A stretch of DNA of 64,000 bases from Oscillospiraceae bacterium. Its GTDB lineage: Bacteria; Bacillota; Clostridia; Oscillospirales; CAG-272. The position numbers and the translations under genes are program-made. The notes under the pieces were generated by a model. It did not search any database, was not told the DNA's origin, and worked only from the letters and a program-made list of their open reading frames with translations. The DNA is taken from assembly GCA_015064415.1 (NCBI GenBank), contig SVSG01000005.1, positions 29,273 to 93,272 of the forward strand. The letters run 5' to 3'. Shown piece by piece: positions 20,235-29,489 of the stretch (position 1 is the stretch's first letter; each line of letters begins with the position of its first letter).

Positions 20235-20731
20235 GGATCGGACACGGTTACGACGTACACCGATTGGTACACGGGCGCGCGCTCATTCTCGGCGGTGTGA
20301 ACATCCCTTTTGAAAAAGGGTTACTTGGACACTCCGACGCGGACGTGCTGACACACGCCGTGATGGACGCCTTGCTCGGTGCCGCCGCGCTCGGTGATAT
20401 CGGCAAGCATTTCCCCGACAGCGATCCCGCCTACAAGGGCGCGGACAGTCTGATGCTTGCGCGCGAGGTGGCGAAGCTGCTTCTCGCCCAAAATTACCGC
20501 GTTTGCAACGTGGACGCCACCGTATTGGCGCAAGCGCCCAAGCTCGCGCCCCACATCCCGCAAATGCGCGAAAATCTGGCGCTGGCGCTGGGGCTCCCCG
20601 TGGATGCCGTCAGCGTAAAGGCAACCACCGAGGAGGGGCTCGGCTTTACCGGCACCGGTGAGGGCATTGCCGCCCATGCGGTGTGCCTCTTGGAACAGCT
20701 CCCCCACGCGCAAAAATTGCAGACGCTATAA
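20231..20731 (+). CDS. ispF: 2-C-methyl-D-erythritol 2,4-cyclodiphosphate synthase
   Basis: [38 protein letters not shown]; ATG at 20231 overlaps the ispD stop (ATGA). Confidence 0.95.
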   Translation: MRIGHGYDVHRLVHGRALILGGVNIPFEKGLLGHSDADVLTHAVMDALLGAAALGDIGKHFPDSDPAYKGADSLMLAREVAKLLLAQNYRVCNVDATVLAQAPKLAPHIPQMRENLALALGLPVDAVSVKATTEEGLGFTGTGEGIAAHAVCLLEQLPHAQKLQTL

Positions 20732-20732
20732 G

Positions 20733-20757
20733 CGGGCGATTCGTGAATCGCCCCTAC
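20733..20757 (-). repeat. GTAG-type REP palindrome (single copy in window)
   Basis: Minus strand reads GTAG-GGGCGATTCACGAATCGCCC-G: a GTAG tetranucleotide followed by a GC-rich palindrome, right after the ispF stop. Confidence 0.75.
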
Positions 20758-20924
20758 AAGATCGTGCGATACAAAAAGGCCGCACCAAGGCGCCTTGATG
20801 CGGCCAAAAGCAAGGGGCGCGGGCGACTTTCCCACTTCCTTTGCCTTTCACCCCCACCCGTCACCCCATGCGGGCTTTACACTTGTCATACTATGTCGAA
20901 AAAATTTATTTGTGAGGTATTATT

Positions 20925-21575
20925 ATGAAAATTTCCCCTTCTCTTTTGGCGGCTGACTTCAAAAAACTGGGCGAAGAGGTCGCTCGCATTACCGCCGCAG
21001 GTGCAGAGATGCTGCATCTTGACGTCATGGACGGCAATTTCGTACCGAACATGAGCTTCGGCCCCGACGTGATCAAGGCCATCCGTCCCGTTTCCGATAT
21101 TTTCTTTGACGTGCACCTGATGATCGACCGCCCTGAGCGTTATATTGACAAATTCATCGCGGCGGGCGCCGATGGCGTGACCATCCACTTTGAGAGCACC
21201 GAGCAGCCCGCAGAGGTCCTCAAGGCCATCCGTGCGGCAGGCAAAAAGGCCGGCCTTTCCATCTCCCCCGACACGCCCGCAGAGGCCATTGAGAAGCTTC
21301 TTCCCCTTGCCGATATGGTGCTGGTTATGACTGTATACCCCGGTTTTGGCGGTCAGAAGCTGATCCCCGCACAGCTGGAAAAGGCACAGAAGGTGCGCAA
21401 CATGCTTGACGCCAAGGGTCTTACCGCCGTTGACGTGCAGGCAGACGGCGGCATCGGCCTTGGCAACCTTTCCGACGTGCTCGCCCACGGCATCAATGTG
21501 GTGGTTGCAGGTACCGCCGTGTTCGGCGCGCCCGATCCTGCCGCCGTGATCGCAGAAATGCGCAAGCTGGCATAA
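20925..21575 (+). CDS. rpe: Ribulose-phosphate 3-epimerase
   Basis: ISPSLLAADF, HLDVMDGNFVPN, DVHLM, VMTVYPGFGGQ, DGG. Confidence 0.95.
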   Translation: MKISPSLLAADFKKLGEEVARITAAGAEMLHLDVMDGNFVPNMSFGPDVIKAIRPVSDIFFDVHLMIDRPERYIDKFIAAGADGVTIHFESTEQPAEVLKAIRAAGKKAGLSISPDTPAEAIEKLLPLADMVLVMTVYPGFGGQKLIPAQLEKAQKVRNMLDAKGLTAVDVQADGGIGLGNLSDVLAHGINVVVAGTAVFGAPDPAAVIAEMRKLA

Positions 21576-21639
21576 GTTAGTATCTGAAAAGAACGTGGGG
21601 AGGACTTTTGCAAAAAGCCCTCCCCCTTTACAAATTCCC

Positions 21640-21675
21640 AACAAAAAAAGCCGCCCGCGGGCGGCTTTTTTTGTT
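21640..21675. terminator. Bidirectional terminator between rpe and the LRR lipoprotein gene
   Basis: AACAAAAAAAGCCGCCC-gc-GGGCGGCTTTTTTTGTT between convergent genes. Confidence 0.85.
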
Positions 21676-21682
21676 ATGGTTA

Positions 21683-22984
21683 TCAGTTCATTTCTTGCGG
21701 TATACGCGTGCATTTCCAAATTTCTACACAATAGTCATCCGTCAAAAACTCTGCTGCCTTTTCGGGGTTCGAAAGCCCCTCAGCGGGAATGTCGCGCTCC
21801 TCTTTACCGTAAACCGCCACCCAATCCGCTGTATTGATAAAGACCGCCGAGGCAAGAGAGGTGCAATTTGCAAAGGCGTATTCGCCGATCCAATTCACGC
21901 ATGCAGGGATCGTGATCTCACGTAATGCAACGCACTCGTAAAAAGCAGAGTCGGCAATGCTCGTTACACTGCCATCAGCAGGGATCACACTTGTTTTACA
22001 CCCGGCAATCAAGGTGCGGCTTTGTGTTTCGATCAAGCAATTTCCCTCTGCGTGATATTTTGCGTTTCCGTCGGCCACCGTAATACGCTCCAACATAGCG
22101 CAGTTTGCGAAAAGACCGGGAAGTACCTCAGTCACGCTTGCCGGAATAAGGACGGAGGTCAGCGCCGTTTCAAAAAACGCCCACTCACCGATACGGCAAA
22201 GCCCCTCGGGAAATGCAATTGTTGCAAAGGACGCGCATTGGTAAAATGCATAATTGCCAATCATCTTGAGCTGACTGTCAGCTTCAAACACGACCTCCGA
22301 AAGCAACTCGCATTCGGAAAAAGCACTTTCGCAGATCAAATTGACGCTTGCGGGAATGGTGATCGTTTTGACCTTTTTACATTTTGCAAATGCGCCGCCC
22401 GCAATGATCTTTGTGTCCTTGTGGATCTCATACGCGTCCATCGATTTCGCAGTGCATTCATACAGCAAGAAATACGGATTGTCAACGCTTGCAATATAAG
22501 AACAGGCATCATACTCCGTTTTGGCAAGCTTTGTGCAACTATAAAATACATTTTCATCAATATGCCCGAGGAACCCCTTTTCAAACACCGCGTTTTCCAA
22601 TGCGGTACACATATAAAAGGCGCGGGTACGGATATCGGTCACGCTGCTTGGAATCACCACGGTGGTAATGTCTGCATGCTTGAACGCCTCCACACCGATC
22701 TCCTTCACAGGCGATCCCTGATACGTATTTGCGATCACCACATGCTTTGCTTCCCCGTTATAGCCCTTCACCGTGGCATAGGTGCCGTCTTTTGATTTTT
22801 CATAGACCACACCCTCCGTCGGTTTTGTCAAGTCTTCGGTACCTTCCTCTTGCTGACCTTCCCCCGGTGTTTGTTCGGTGTCGGGAGCGGCGTCATTCGT
22901 ATTCGGTTTTTGCGTTTCCTCGCACGCAACAAATACCAAAAACAAGACGATCAATACGCCAAAAATACAACACAGCTTTTTCAT
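21683..22984 (-). CDS. BspA-type (LRR_5) leucine-rich-repeat lipoprotein
   Basis: Signal peptide ending FVAC; repeats of the form ITIPASVNLICESAFSEC, IPACVNWIGEYAFANCTSL. Confidence 0.9.
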   Translation of the reverse strand: MKKLCCIFGVLIVLFLVFVACEETQKPNTNDAAPDTEQTPGEGQQEEGTEDLTKPTEGVVYEKSKDGTYATVKGYNGEAKHVVIANTYQGSPVKEIGVEAFKHADITTVVIPSSVTDIRTRAFYMCTALENAVFEKGFLGHIDENVFYSCTKLAKTEYDACSYIASVDNPYFLLYECTAKSMDAYEIHKDTKIIAGGAFAKCKKVKTITIPASVNLICESAFSECELLSEVVFEADSQLKMIGNYAFYQCASFATIAFPEGLCRIGEWAFFETALTSVLIPASVTEVLPGLFANCAMLERITVADGNAKYHAEGNCLIETQSRTLIAGCKTSVIPADGSVTSIADSAFYECVALREITIPACVNWIGEYAFANCTSLASAVFINTADWVAVYGKEERDIPAEGLSNPEKAAEFLTDDYCVEIWKCTRIPQEMN

Positions 22985-23029
22985 GGTGTTTTTCCTCGTT
23001 TTCTCAAAGTGCTTTAAATTCTTATACGG

Positions 23030-25366
23030 TTACTTTTTGACACGGTGATAGTTATCGTGCTCAAGCGCCTCGTCAGCGCCTGCGTTATACAGATTTTCGT
23101 AATCGGGACCCGCGGCACGCAGGTACAGCGTGGTGTTGCCGCCGCTGGAGCAATAGACATACTTCACGGAAGGAAGGTTGTACAAATGCTGATCGACGAC
23201 ACAGTACCAATCCATGCTTTTGAGGTAGAAGGAATGCACGCGGGAGGCGGCATGCGGCCACCAGACGGTGGTGGGCGCCACCAGCGTATAGAACAGCTTA
23301 TCCACGTTCGGACCACCGTGGTGTCCGACCGTGACCATATCTGATTGCAAAGTTTCGCCGTACATAGCACTGCACCATTTGCCCGAATAGCGGAACGCGT
23401 CGCCCGTGGAAAGGAAGGTCACGTCCTCACCACCCGTAACGCGCAACGTCAGGCGCATGATGGAGGAAGAATCGTTGAGCGTAACGATGTTATGGGGATT
23501 CAGATCCTCGTGGGTAAACAGTGTCTCGATCTCCATATTGGCGAAATACAAACGCTGCCCCGTATGCACGCGGACAAAGGTAAAGGGCTTGGCGCAAAGT
23601 CTTTGATAGGCCTCCATTTTAGAGTTCATCGAGTTATCGCTGCCCGTGGTGTTATACAGCTGGCTGTTCGACGGGAAGCTGCCAAGCACGTATTCGATCT
23701 CCAAAAGTCCCGTCGCGCCGTAGCTCTGTAAGAGATGTGTGAAAACACCGTAATGATCGGCGTGGCTGTGGGTCAGGATCCATGCGGCGATCTTCACGGG
23801 ATTGGAGATACTTACCGCAAGTCCGGTATTCTTTTGGTGCAGATCCGTCAGTGCATTCCAAAGATTCGGCATTTCCGAGCCGGTGAGCGGATTGCCGCTG
23901 TCGATCATCACGAAGCGGCCGTCCTCCAGCGTAATGATGTAGCCCGTACCCGAACTGGAGGCGGGCAGTTCCACCGCAGTGATGGCAGAATCGTTTTTCT
24001 TTTGCGCCGCGGTATAGCTATCGCTCAGCAAGGAGGTCGCGGGAACAGTGGTGGCATTGATCGGAGAGGAAACGATGCGCAGCGCGGGATCGGCATTTTC
24101 GTACTCACTGCCCGCGGCGTGCTTGAAGGCATTGTAGGCAACGTAAAGCGAAATGCCCACCTTCTCGTTCACGTAGGTGGCAAAAAGACTGTCCTCGATC
24201 TCATTTTCCTCGGTTTGACGGTACCCTGCATTCTCCAGCAGCGCGCAATAGCTCTCAAACGCGGCGGCGTTCACGTTGTCACCGAGATACAGATACTCCA
24301 GCGAATCGTCCGCCACGTCCACGGTATTGTAAAGCGTAAGTCCCTCGGGCTTCGGGAAGTCAAGCTTCCATTTTTCATTGGCTTTGCCCGTGATCTTCAG
24401 GGACTTTGGCATCTGAATGGAAACGTTCCCCGCCTCGTCAGTCACGAGAGATTCGTACAGATAATCCTGAAATGCCTCGGCGGCAAGCATCAATCCCACA
24501 ACGTTCCATGCAATGACGGCAACGTTGCCATCCTTGACAAAGACGCCGTATTCATTTGGGGAAAGCTCGGTCAGGGCTTGCTGAGAGACGGGGCGTTGTG
24601 TAATGCCCACGACCAACTCCTTTTCCCCGATCGCGGCGCTGTCATCCATAACGGTAAGCGCCTTTTTCTTCAGGGAAAACTGCTTGAGCATCTTTTCTCC
24701 GATCGCCTCTGTGGCATCAAAGGCGTAATCGTTGAAGGTCATGGAGCCCGGAGCGCTTCCTGCATCATATTCCGAGGTGCCGTCGGTGTCCAGCATATCG
24801 TCATACACCAAAGAATAATAAATACCGGCACTGTCTGCCAGTGTCACCATCTCCATTTTCTCGGCCATGACCTCCTCGTGCACCGTGACGGTCTTGGAGG
24901 AGCCGTTCCCCGTCAGATAATTCTCCTTGAAATAGCTAACGGCCTGCAGGGTAAGAAGGGGCGTTGTGCCCACGATCACAATTTTGTTGTTGATGACCTG
25001 AACGGTGTATCCGTTCCCCTCAATAGAGGCGTGCGCTTCCACGCTTTCCGCGCGAGAGGTAAGCCCCACCAAAATTTCAGGGGAAGCCGCATTGCTTCTG
25101 GTCTTGCTTTCCGAAAAAGCGCGCAGATTGAGCCCCGTCGCGGTATTGATCGCCGAGGCAAGATCGCTCATCGCGCCTTGAAAGGTTCTGGAGTAAGCAC
25201 CCTCTTTTTTGGTGTCGGGATAGACGAGTGAATATTCGGTCAGATCCACATCGACCTTTTTGCCGCTCAACGAGACCTCCCCGCCCTCGCTACACGAGGC
25301 AAAGAGGACGAGTGTTGCAAAAAGCAGGCAAACGGCAAGAATCAAGCTTAGAATTTTACAGTTCAT
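23030..25366 (-). CDS. Lipoprotein with C-terminal ComEC-like metallo-beta-lactamase-fold hydrolase
   Basis: ATG at 25366 after GGAGG; lipobox FASC; MIDSG, THSHADH, NDSS, TGD, VGHHG motifs. Confidence 0.85.
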   Translation of the reverse strand: MNCKILSLILAVCLLFATLVLFASCSEGGEVSLSGKKVDVDLTEYSLVYPDTKKEGAYSRTFQGAMSDLASAINTATGLNLRAFSESKTRSNAASPEILVGLTSRAESVEAHASIEGNGYTVQVINNKIVIVGTTPLLTLQAVSYFKENYLTGNGSSKTVTVHEEVMAEKMEMVTLADSAGIYYSLVYDDMLDTDGTSEYDAGSAPGSMTFNDYAFDATEAIGEKMLKQFSLKKKALTVMDDSAAIGEKELVVGITQRPVSQQALTELSPNEYGVFVKDGNVAVIAWNVVGLMLAAEAFQDYLYESLVTDEAGNVSIQMPKSLKITGKANEKWKLDFPKPEGLTLYNTVDVADDSLEYLYLGDNVNAAAFESYCALLENAGYRQTEENEIEDSLFATYVNEKVGISLYVAYNAFKHAAGSEYENADPALRIVSSPINATTVPATSLLSDSYTAAQKKNDSAITAVELPASSSGTGYIITLEDGRFVMIDSGNPLTGSEMPNLWNALTDLHQKNTGLAVSISNPVKIAAWILTHSHADHYGVFTHLLQSYGATGLLEIEYVLGSFPSNSQLYNTTGSDNSMNSKMEAYQRLCAKPFTFVRVHTGQRLYFANMEIETLFTHEDLNPHNIVTLNDSSSIMRLTLRVTGGEDVTFLSTGDAFRYSGKWCSAMYGETLQSDMVTVGHHGGPNVDKLFYTLVAPTTVWWPHAASRVHSFYLKSMDWYCVVDQHLYNLPSVKYVYCSSGGNTTLYLRAAGPDYENLYNAGADEALEHDNYHRVKK

Positions 25367-25385
25367 ATGTAATCCTCCCCTTATG

Positions 25386-27521
25386 TCACGGTGAAAAATC
25401 AAACACGGCGTTGCCGTCCTTCTCCAAGCGCAAATAGGCGTCGAAGGCCTTGCCCGATTTGCGGGAGATGAAATTCTTGATCTTGGCGGTGCGCCCCGTT
25501 TCCAAAAGAAGCTTTGCGTTCGAAACGGAAATGGCGCGATTGCAGATGAACAGATTCAAACGGAATTTGCACCCCTCGCGGTAGCCCTTGCAACCGTAGC
25601 TGAACTTGCCGCGCACGACCTCCTTGCCGCAAAGCGGGCATTTGCCCACAACGTCACCGTAGAGCCCGATATCCTTGTCCTCCTCGATCGGGGCCGCCTG
25701 TTGCTCGAAAACGGCGCGCACCTCGGCGGCGGCCAGTGCCACGCTCTCCTCTACGCTCATCTGTCCGCGGAACACGCGCTTCAGCGCGCGGCCAAGCTCG
25801 CTTGTGCGGTGCTTATCCATGCGGATCTCCAAATGATCCAACGACTCGATCAGATATTCCCCGCCCGGCAGGATGGTATACACATCCTTATTGAGCGCGA
25901 TATACTGACTTTTTCTTGCATTGTCAATAATGCCCGTGCGCGTGGCCTCGGTGCCAAGCTCCAGGCCCTCCAGCACGGCGCGGTATTCCTCGGTATCGTC
26001 CGCGTTCTCCTCGTCCTCGGCGTGCTCTGCCTGCTCGGCGGCGGCCTTTTCCTCGCGGAAGGGATTTTTGAGGTAGTTGTTCAGCGTTTCAATGGTATAA
26101 TGCTTCGGGGGCGAGGTCTCCTTTTCCACGGGAGCGAAGGCGATCTCCACCTTATCCCCTTTTTCCAGCTTGGGCAGCATCTTGTCCTTTTGCGTGGCAT
26201 CATCATACTTCATCCAGCCGCGCTCCACAATAACAAGCCCCTTGAGGGTAAATTCTTCAAAATCTCCCACCTTGATGGTGATCTCGGTGCGCTCCGCCAC
26301 ACACGGCTCGGCGCAAAAGACTGCCACAAAGCGGCGAAAAACGGTGGCGTAAACCAGATTTTCGCGGTCGGAAAGATCACCCTTTCCGGGGATCTTATAG
26401 GTCGGGGTTAGCGCCGAGTGCGACTCGATCTTGCTGTCATCGAAGATCTTGGGGCTATCCTTGAATTTTACGGGATAGCCGATCTTCTGGATCTGGGCAA
26501 GGATCTTTTTCATCTTATCCTTCTCGGCGGTGGCAAGATATTCGGAGTTGGTACGCGGATAGGTCAGATACCCCTTTTCGTAAAGCCCCTGAATGATCTC
26601 CAAGCTGTCGCTCATCGACATTTTATGCTTTTTGCCAAGCAGATTTTGCAGTTTGGAAAGCGAAAAAAGCTTACCGGGTGCAAGATTGTCCTTTTTGCGC
26701 TTGACGTTGGTGACAACGGCGCCTGCGGCGTTGTAGGCGGCGCAAAGCGCCTCTGCCTTTTCTTTTTCCTTTTGATCGAACTTTTTCTTGGAGGTCAGCT
26801 CCACCTTCTCGCCGTTTGTTTCCGCATTGCTGACAATGGCAAGATATTTTCCCGGCACAAAATGGCGGATCGCCATGTCGCGCTCATAAATGGCGCGTAC
26901 GATGGGGATGATCACGCGCCCCACCCGCAACAGCGTCCCGCACTTCAACGTGGCGTAGCGGGTCAGATTGACGCCGTAAAGCCAGTCGACGTAGGTGCGC
27001 GCATAGCCCTCGCCGGCGAGGTTTTCATATTCCGCCTCGTCCTTCATGTCCGCGAGCGCCGCCGCCACCGTTTCGGGGGTCTGATCGGGCAACCACAGGC
27101 GCTTCAAGACCTTCTTAGAGGTAAGCGCGTGACGGATGCAAAGCCGCACGATGATCTCTCCCTCGCGATCCGCGTCCCCCGCGTTCACGATGGTGTCCAC
27201 GTCGGGGCGGTTGCACAAATATTTGATAGTCTCAAACTGCTTTTTCACACCCGCATCCACACCCTTTTTGTCGCTCGTACGCCGCAGCTCGAAGCGGAAC
27301 TCCTCGGGAATGCAGGGCAGGTTTTCCATGCACCAATGCCCGTTTGCAGAGGCGGGCGCGGGAGAATACGCCTCGATATCCGCAAGAGAAAACAGATGCC
27401 CGAAGGCCCACGTAATAAAATAGCCGCACCCCTCCAGATAACCGTCGCGCCGCTGCATCTGCCCGATGCCCGCCGCGATGTTGCGCGCCAGACTTGGCTT
27501 TTCCGCAATGATCAGAACCAT
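25386..27521 (-). CDS. topB: Type IA DNA topoisomerase (topoisomerase III-like)
   Basis: IAEKPS, WAFGHL, DADREGE, TYPRT (catalytic Tyr), LGTEATR, C-terminal CPLCG zinc ribbon and toprim C-terminal repeat. Confidence 0.9.
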   Translation of the reverse strand: MVLIIAEKPSLARNIAAGIGQMQRRDGYLEGCGYFITWAFGHLFSLADIEAYSPAPASANGHWCMENLPCIPEEFRFELRRTSDKKGVDAGVKKQFETIKYLCNRPDVDTIVNAGDADREGEIIVRLCIRHALTSKKVLKRLWLPDQTPETVAAALADMKDEAEYENLAGEGYARTYVDWLYGVNLTRYATLKCGTLLRVGRVIIPIVRAIYERDMAIRHFVPGKYLAIVSNAETNGEKVELTSKKKFDQKEKEKAEALCAAYNAAGAVVTNVKRKKDNLAPGKLFSLSKLQNLLGKKHKMSMSDSLEIIQGLYEKGYLTYPRTNSEYLATAEKDKMKKILAQIQKIGYPVKFKDSPKIFDDSKIESHSALTPTYKIPGKGDLSDRENLVYATVFRRFVAVFCAEPCVAERTEITIKVGDFEEFTLKGLVIVERGWMKYDDATQKDKMLPKLEKGDKVEIAFAPVEKETSPPKHYTIETLNNYLKNPFREEKAAAEQAEHAEDEENADDTEEYRAVLEGLELGTEATRTGIIDNARKSQYIALNKDVYTILPGGEYLIESLDHLEIRMDKHRTSELGRALKRVFRGQMSVEESVALAAAEVRAVFEQQAAPIEEDKDIGLYGDVVGKCPLCGKEVVRGKFSYGCKGYREGCKFRLNLFICNRAISVSNAKLLLETGRTAKIKNFISRKSGKAFDAYLRLEKDGNAVFDFSP

Positions 27522-27550
27522 ATCCTCACCTCCTTTTACACAATCAATTT

Positions 27551-27579
27551 ATTGTACCATATTTTTGCCGCAAAGTCAA
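27551..27579 (-). promoter_or_regulatory. sigmaA promoter for topB
   Basis: Minus strand TTGACT-17 bp-TACAAT. Confidence 0.65.
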
Positions 27580-27617
27580 TTCACGCAAGATATATTTCCC
27601 ATTTACCGCGACACGTC

Positions 27618-27646
27618 TTGACAAAAAGGCATTATCTTGTTATAAT
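27618..27646 (+). promoter_or_regulatory. sigmaA promoter for the flippase-pssA-psd operon
   Basis: TTGACA-17 bp-TATAAT with extended TG. Confidence 0.8.
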
Positions 27647-27709
27647 AAATTAGTTAGTGTATGCAAAATACTTTTTTAAAAACATACAAGGAGAATTTTT
27701 CTTCCCTTC

Positions 27710-28834
27710 ATGAAAAAATCACATAAAAAACAACTTTTAAACATCGCGTTCGTGGTGCTTCTGGCAGGGCTTACCTTCCTCATGCTGTTTTTGAGCAGCG
27801 ATGAGTTGAATATGGAAAGTCTCACGTCCTTCTTTGCAGATTGCAATCTGTGGCTGATCGCGGCCGCCGTCGGCTGTATGCTGCTTTACATTGTAATGGA
27901 GGCGGCCAGCTTGCATATCATCCTGTACCGCTTCGGGCATCGGCCTCGGCTTTCCGCTTCGCTTGCCTATTCTGCCTCCGACGTCTATTATTCCGCCATC
28001 ACCCCTTCGGCCACGGGCGGCCAGCCCGCCTCCGCCTTTTACATGATCCGTGACGGCGTTTCGGGCGGAACGGCTTGCTTTGCGCTGGTCTTTAATCTTC
28101 TGGCCTACACCGCATCTCTTCTCACGATCGGCACGGTGGTGCTGGCACTCAACTTCCCGCTCTTCCTTTCCTTTTCGATCTGGGTCAAGCTTTTCATCAT
28201 TGCGGGCTTTGTGGCCCAGCTCTCGCTTTTGTTCCTTTTCATTGCCTGCATCCGTCACCCCGGTGCCGTGCTGCGTCTCGGCAATTTCCTGATCACCGTT
28301 CTTGTGCGCATCCGCATCATCCGCAAGGAGGAAAAATGGCGCGGCAAGCTGGACAGAATGGTGAAAAAATACCGTGGCTGCTACGAATGCTTCCAGCACC
28401 AACGCGGGCTTTTCTGGCAGGTGTTCCTTTGCAATGTTCTGCAACGCGCCTCATTGATCTTTGTTTCCGCGCTTGTGTGCTTTTCGGCCACCGACTGCTC
28501 CCTTTGGGATATGTTCGTCATGCAGACCTTTGCCATGATCGGCTACAACTCCATTCCTCTGCCCGGCGGCTCGGGGGCGTATGAATTTTTGTATATCAAC
28601 ATTTACGAAAAGGCATTTGGCTCCGATTTTATTCTGATCGCCATGATGGTCACACGTGTGATCTCCTACTATCTCTCCATGCTGCTAAGCGGTCTTTACA
28701 CCGCGCTGTATCACGTCCTTGCGCCCAATCGCCGCAAGGAGGCAGCATCCCCCGCAGATACACAAGCCCCTGCCGCTGTCGCGCAGGAAGTAACGTCAAC
28801 AGAAACGGAAGGTGACTCCAATGAAAAAGCGTAA
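27710..28834 (+). CDS. Lysylphosphatidylglycerol-synthase TM (flippase-like, UPF0104) membrane protein
   Basis: Multi-TM; YYSAITPSATGGQP and PLPGGSGAYE motifs. Confidence 0.85.
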   Translation: MKKSHKKQLLNIAFVVLLAGLTFLMLFLSSDELNMESLTSFFADCNLWLIAAAVGCMLLYIVMEAASLHIILYRFGHRPRLSASLAYSASDVYYSAITPSATGGQPASAFYMIRDGVSGGTACFALVFNLLAYTASLLTIGTVVLALNFPLFLSFSIWVKLFIIAGFVAQLSLLFLFIACIRHPGAVLRLGNFLITVLVRIRIIRKEEKWRGKLDRMVKKYRGCYECFQHQRGLFWQVFLCNVLQRASLIFVSALVCFSATDCSLWDMFVMQTFAMIGYNSIPLPGGSGAYEFLYINIYEKAFGSDFILIAMMVTRVISYYLSMLLSGLYTALYHVLAPNRRKEAASPADTQAPAAVAQEVTSTETEGDSNEKA

Positions 28835-29489
28835 TCCCTTTATCGGATTTTATCATTACGGCGTTATTCTGACTTATCTTTCCCTTGCCTCTGCCATCGT
28901 CGGCATCTGCTTTTCCGTGGGAGGAAACAGAGCGGCTTATCCCGAAATCGGCGTGATCTGTCTTTTGATCTCCGGCATTTGCGACGCATTTGACGGTGCC
29001 GTGGCTCGCACGCGCAAAAACAGAACGCGCGAGGACCGCATGTTCGGCGAGCGCATCGACTCGCTCGCGGACCTCATTGCCTTTGGCGTGGCCCCCGCCA
29101 TGATCGGCTTCGGCATGCAGATCAACCGCTGGTTCTACATTCCCGTTTACGTCATTTTCGTGCTTTGCGGCCTTATCCGTCTTGCCTACTTTGACGTGAC
29201 CGAGCAGATCCGTACCGAGGATCCCAACTGCGGCAAGCGCACCTACTACGAGGGCATGCCCATCACCAACGTGGCCTTTTTCCTGCCCATCTTCTTCCTT
29301 GTGGCCACCCTGTTCGATCCTTATTCCTTCGGCCGCACCGCCGTGATGCTTGGCGGCTATCTGCTGATGGCGGTTCTCTTTATTCTCCGCTTTAAAACGC
29401 CCAAGCCCGGCATCAAGGGCATCCTTGCCCTGATCGGTATTCTGACCGTCATTCTGGCAGCGCTTGTCGCGCTTCACGTCGTGTTATGA
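28821..29489 (+). CDS. pssA: CDP-alcohol phosphatidyltransferase, likely phosphatidylserine synthase
   Basis: DAFDGAVAR...FGERIDSLADLIAFG, RLAYF, YEGMPI; coupled to psd. Confidence 0.85.
   Translation: MKKRNPFIGFYHYGVILTYLSLASAIVGICFSVGGNRAAYPEIGVICLLISGICDAFDGAVARTRKNRTREDRMFGERIDSLADLIAFGVAPAMIGFGMQINRWFYIPVYVIFVLCGLIRLAYFDVTEQIRTEDPNCGKRTYYEGMPITNVAFFLPIFFLVATLFDPYSFGRTAVMLGGYLLMAVLFILRFKTPKPGIKGILALIGILTVILAALVALHVVL

Noticed and set aside
25386-27521. topB as a marker of a conjugative element
   Set aside because: No relaxase, T4SS, integrase or att-like repeats nearby; it has its own sigmaA promoter in a housekeeping context.
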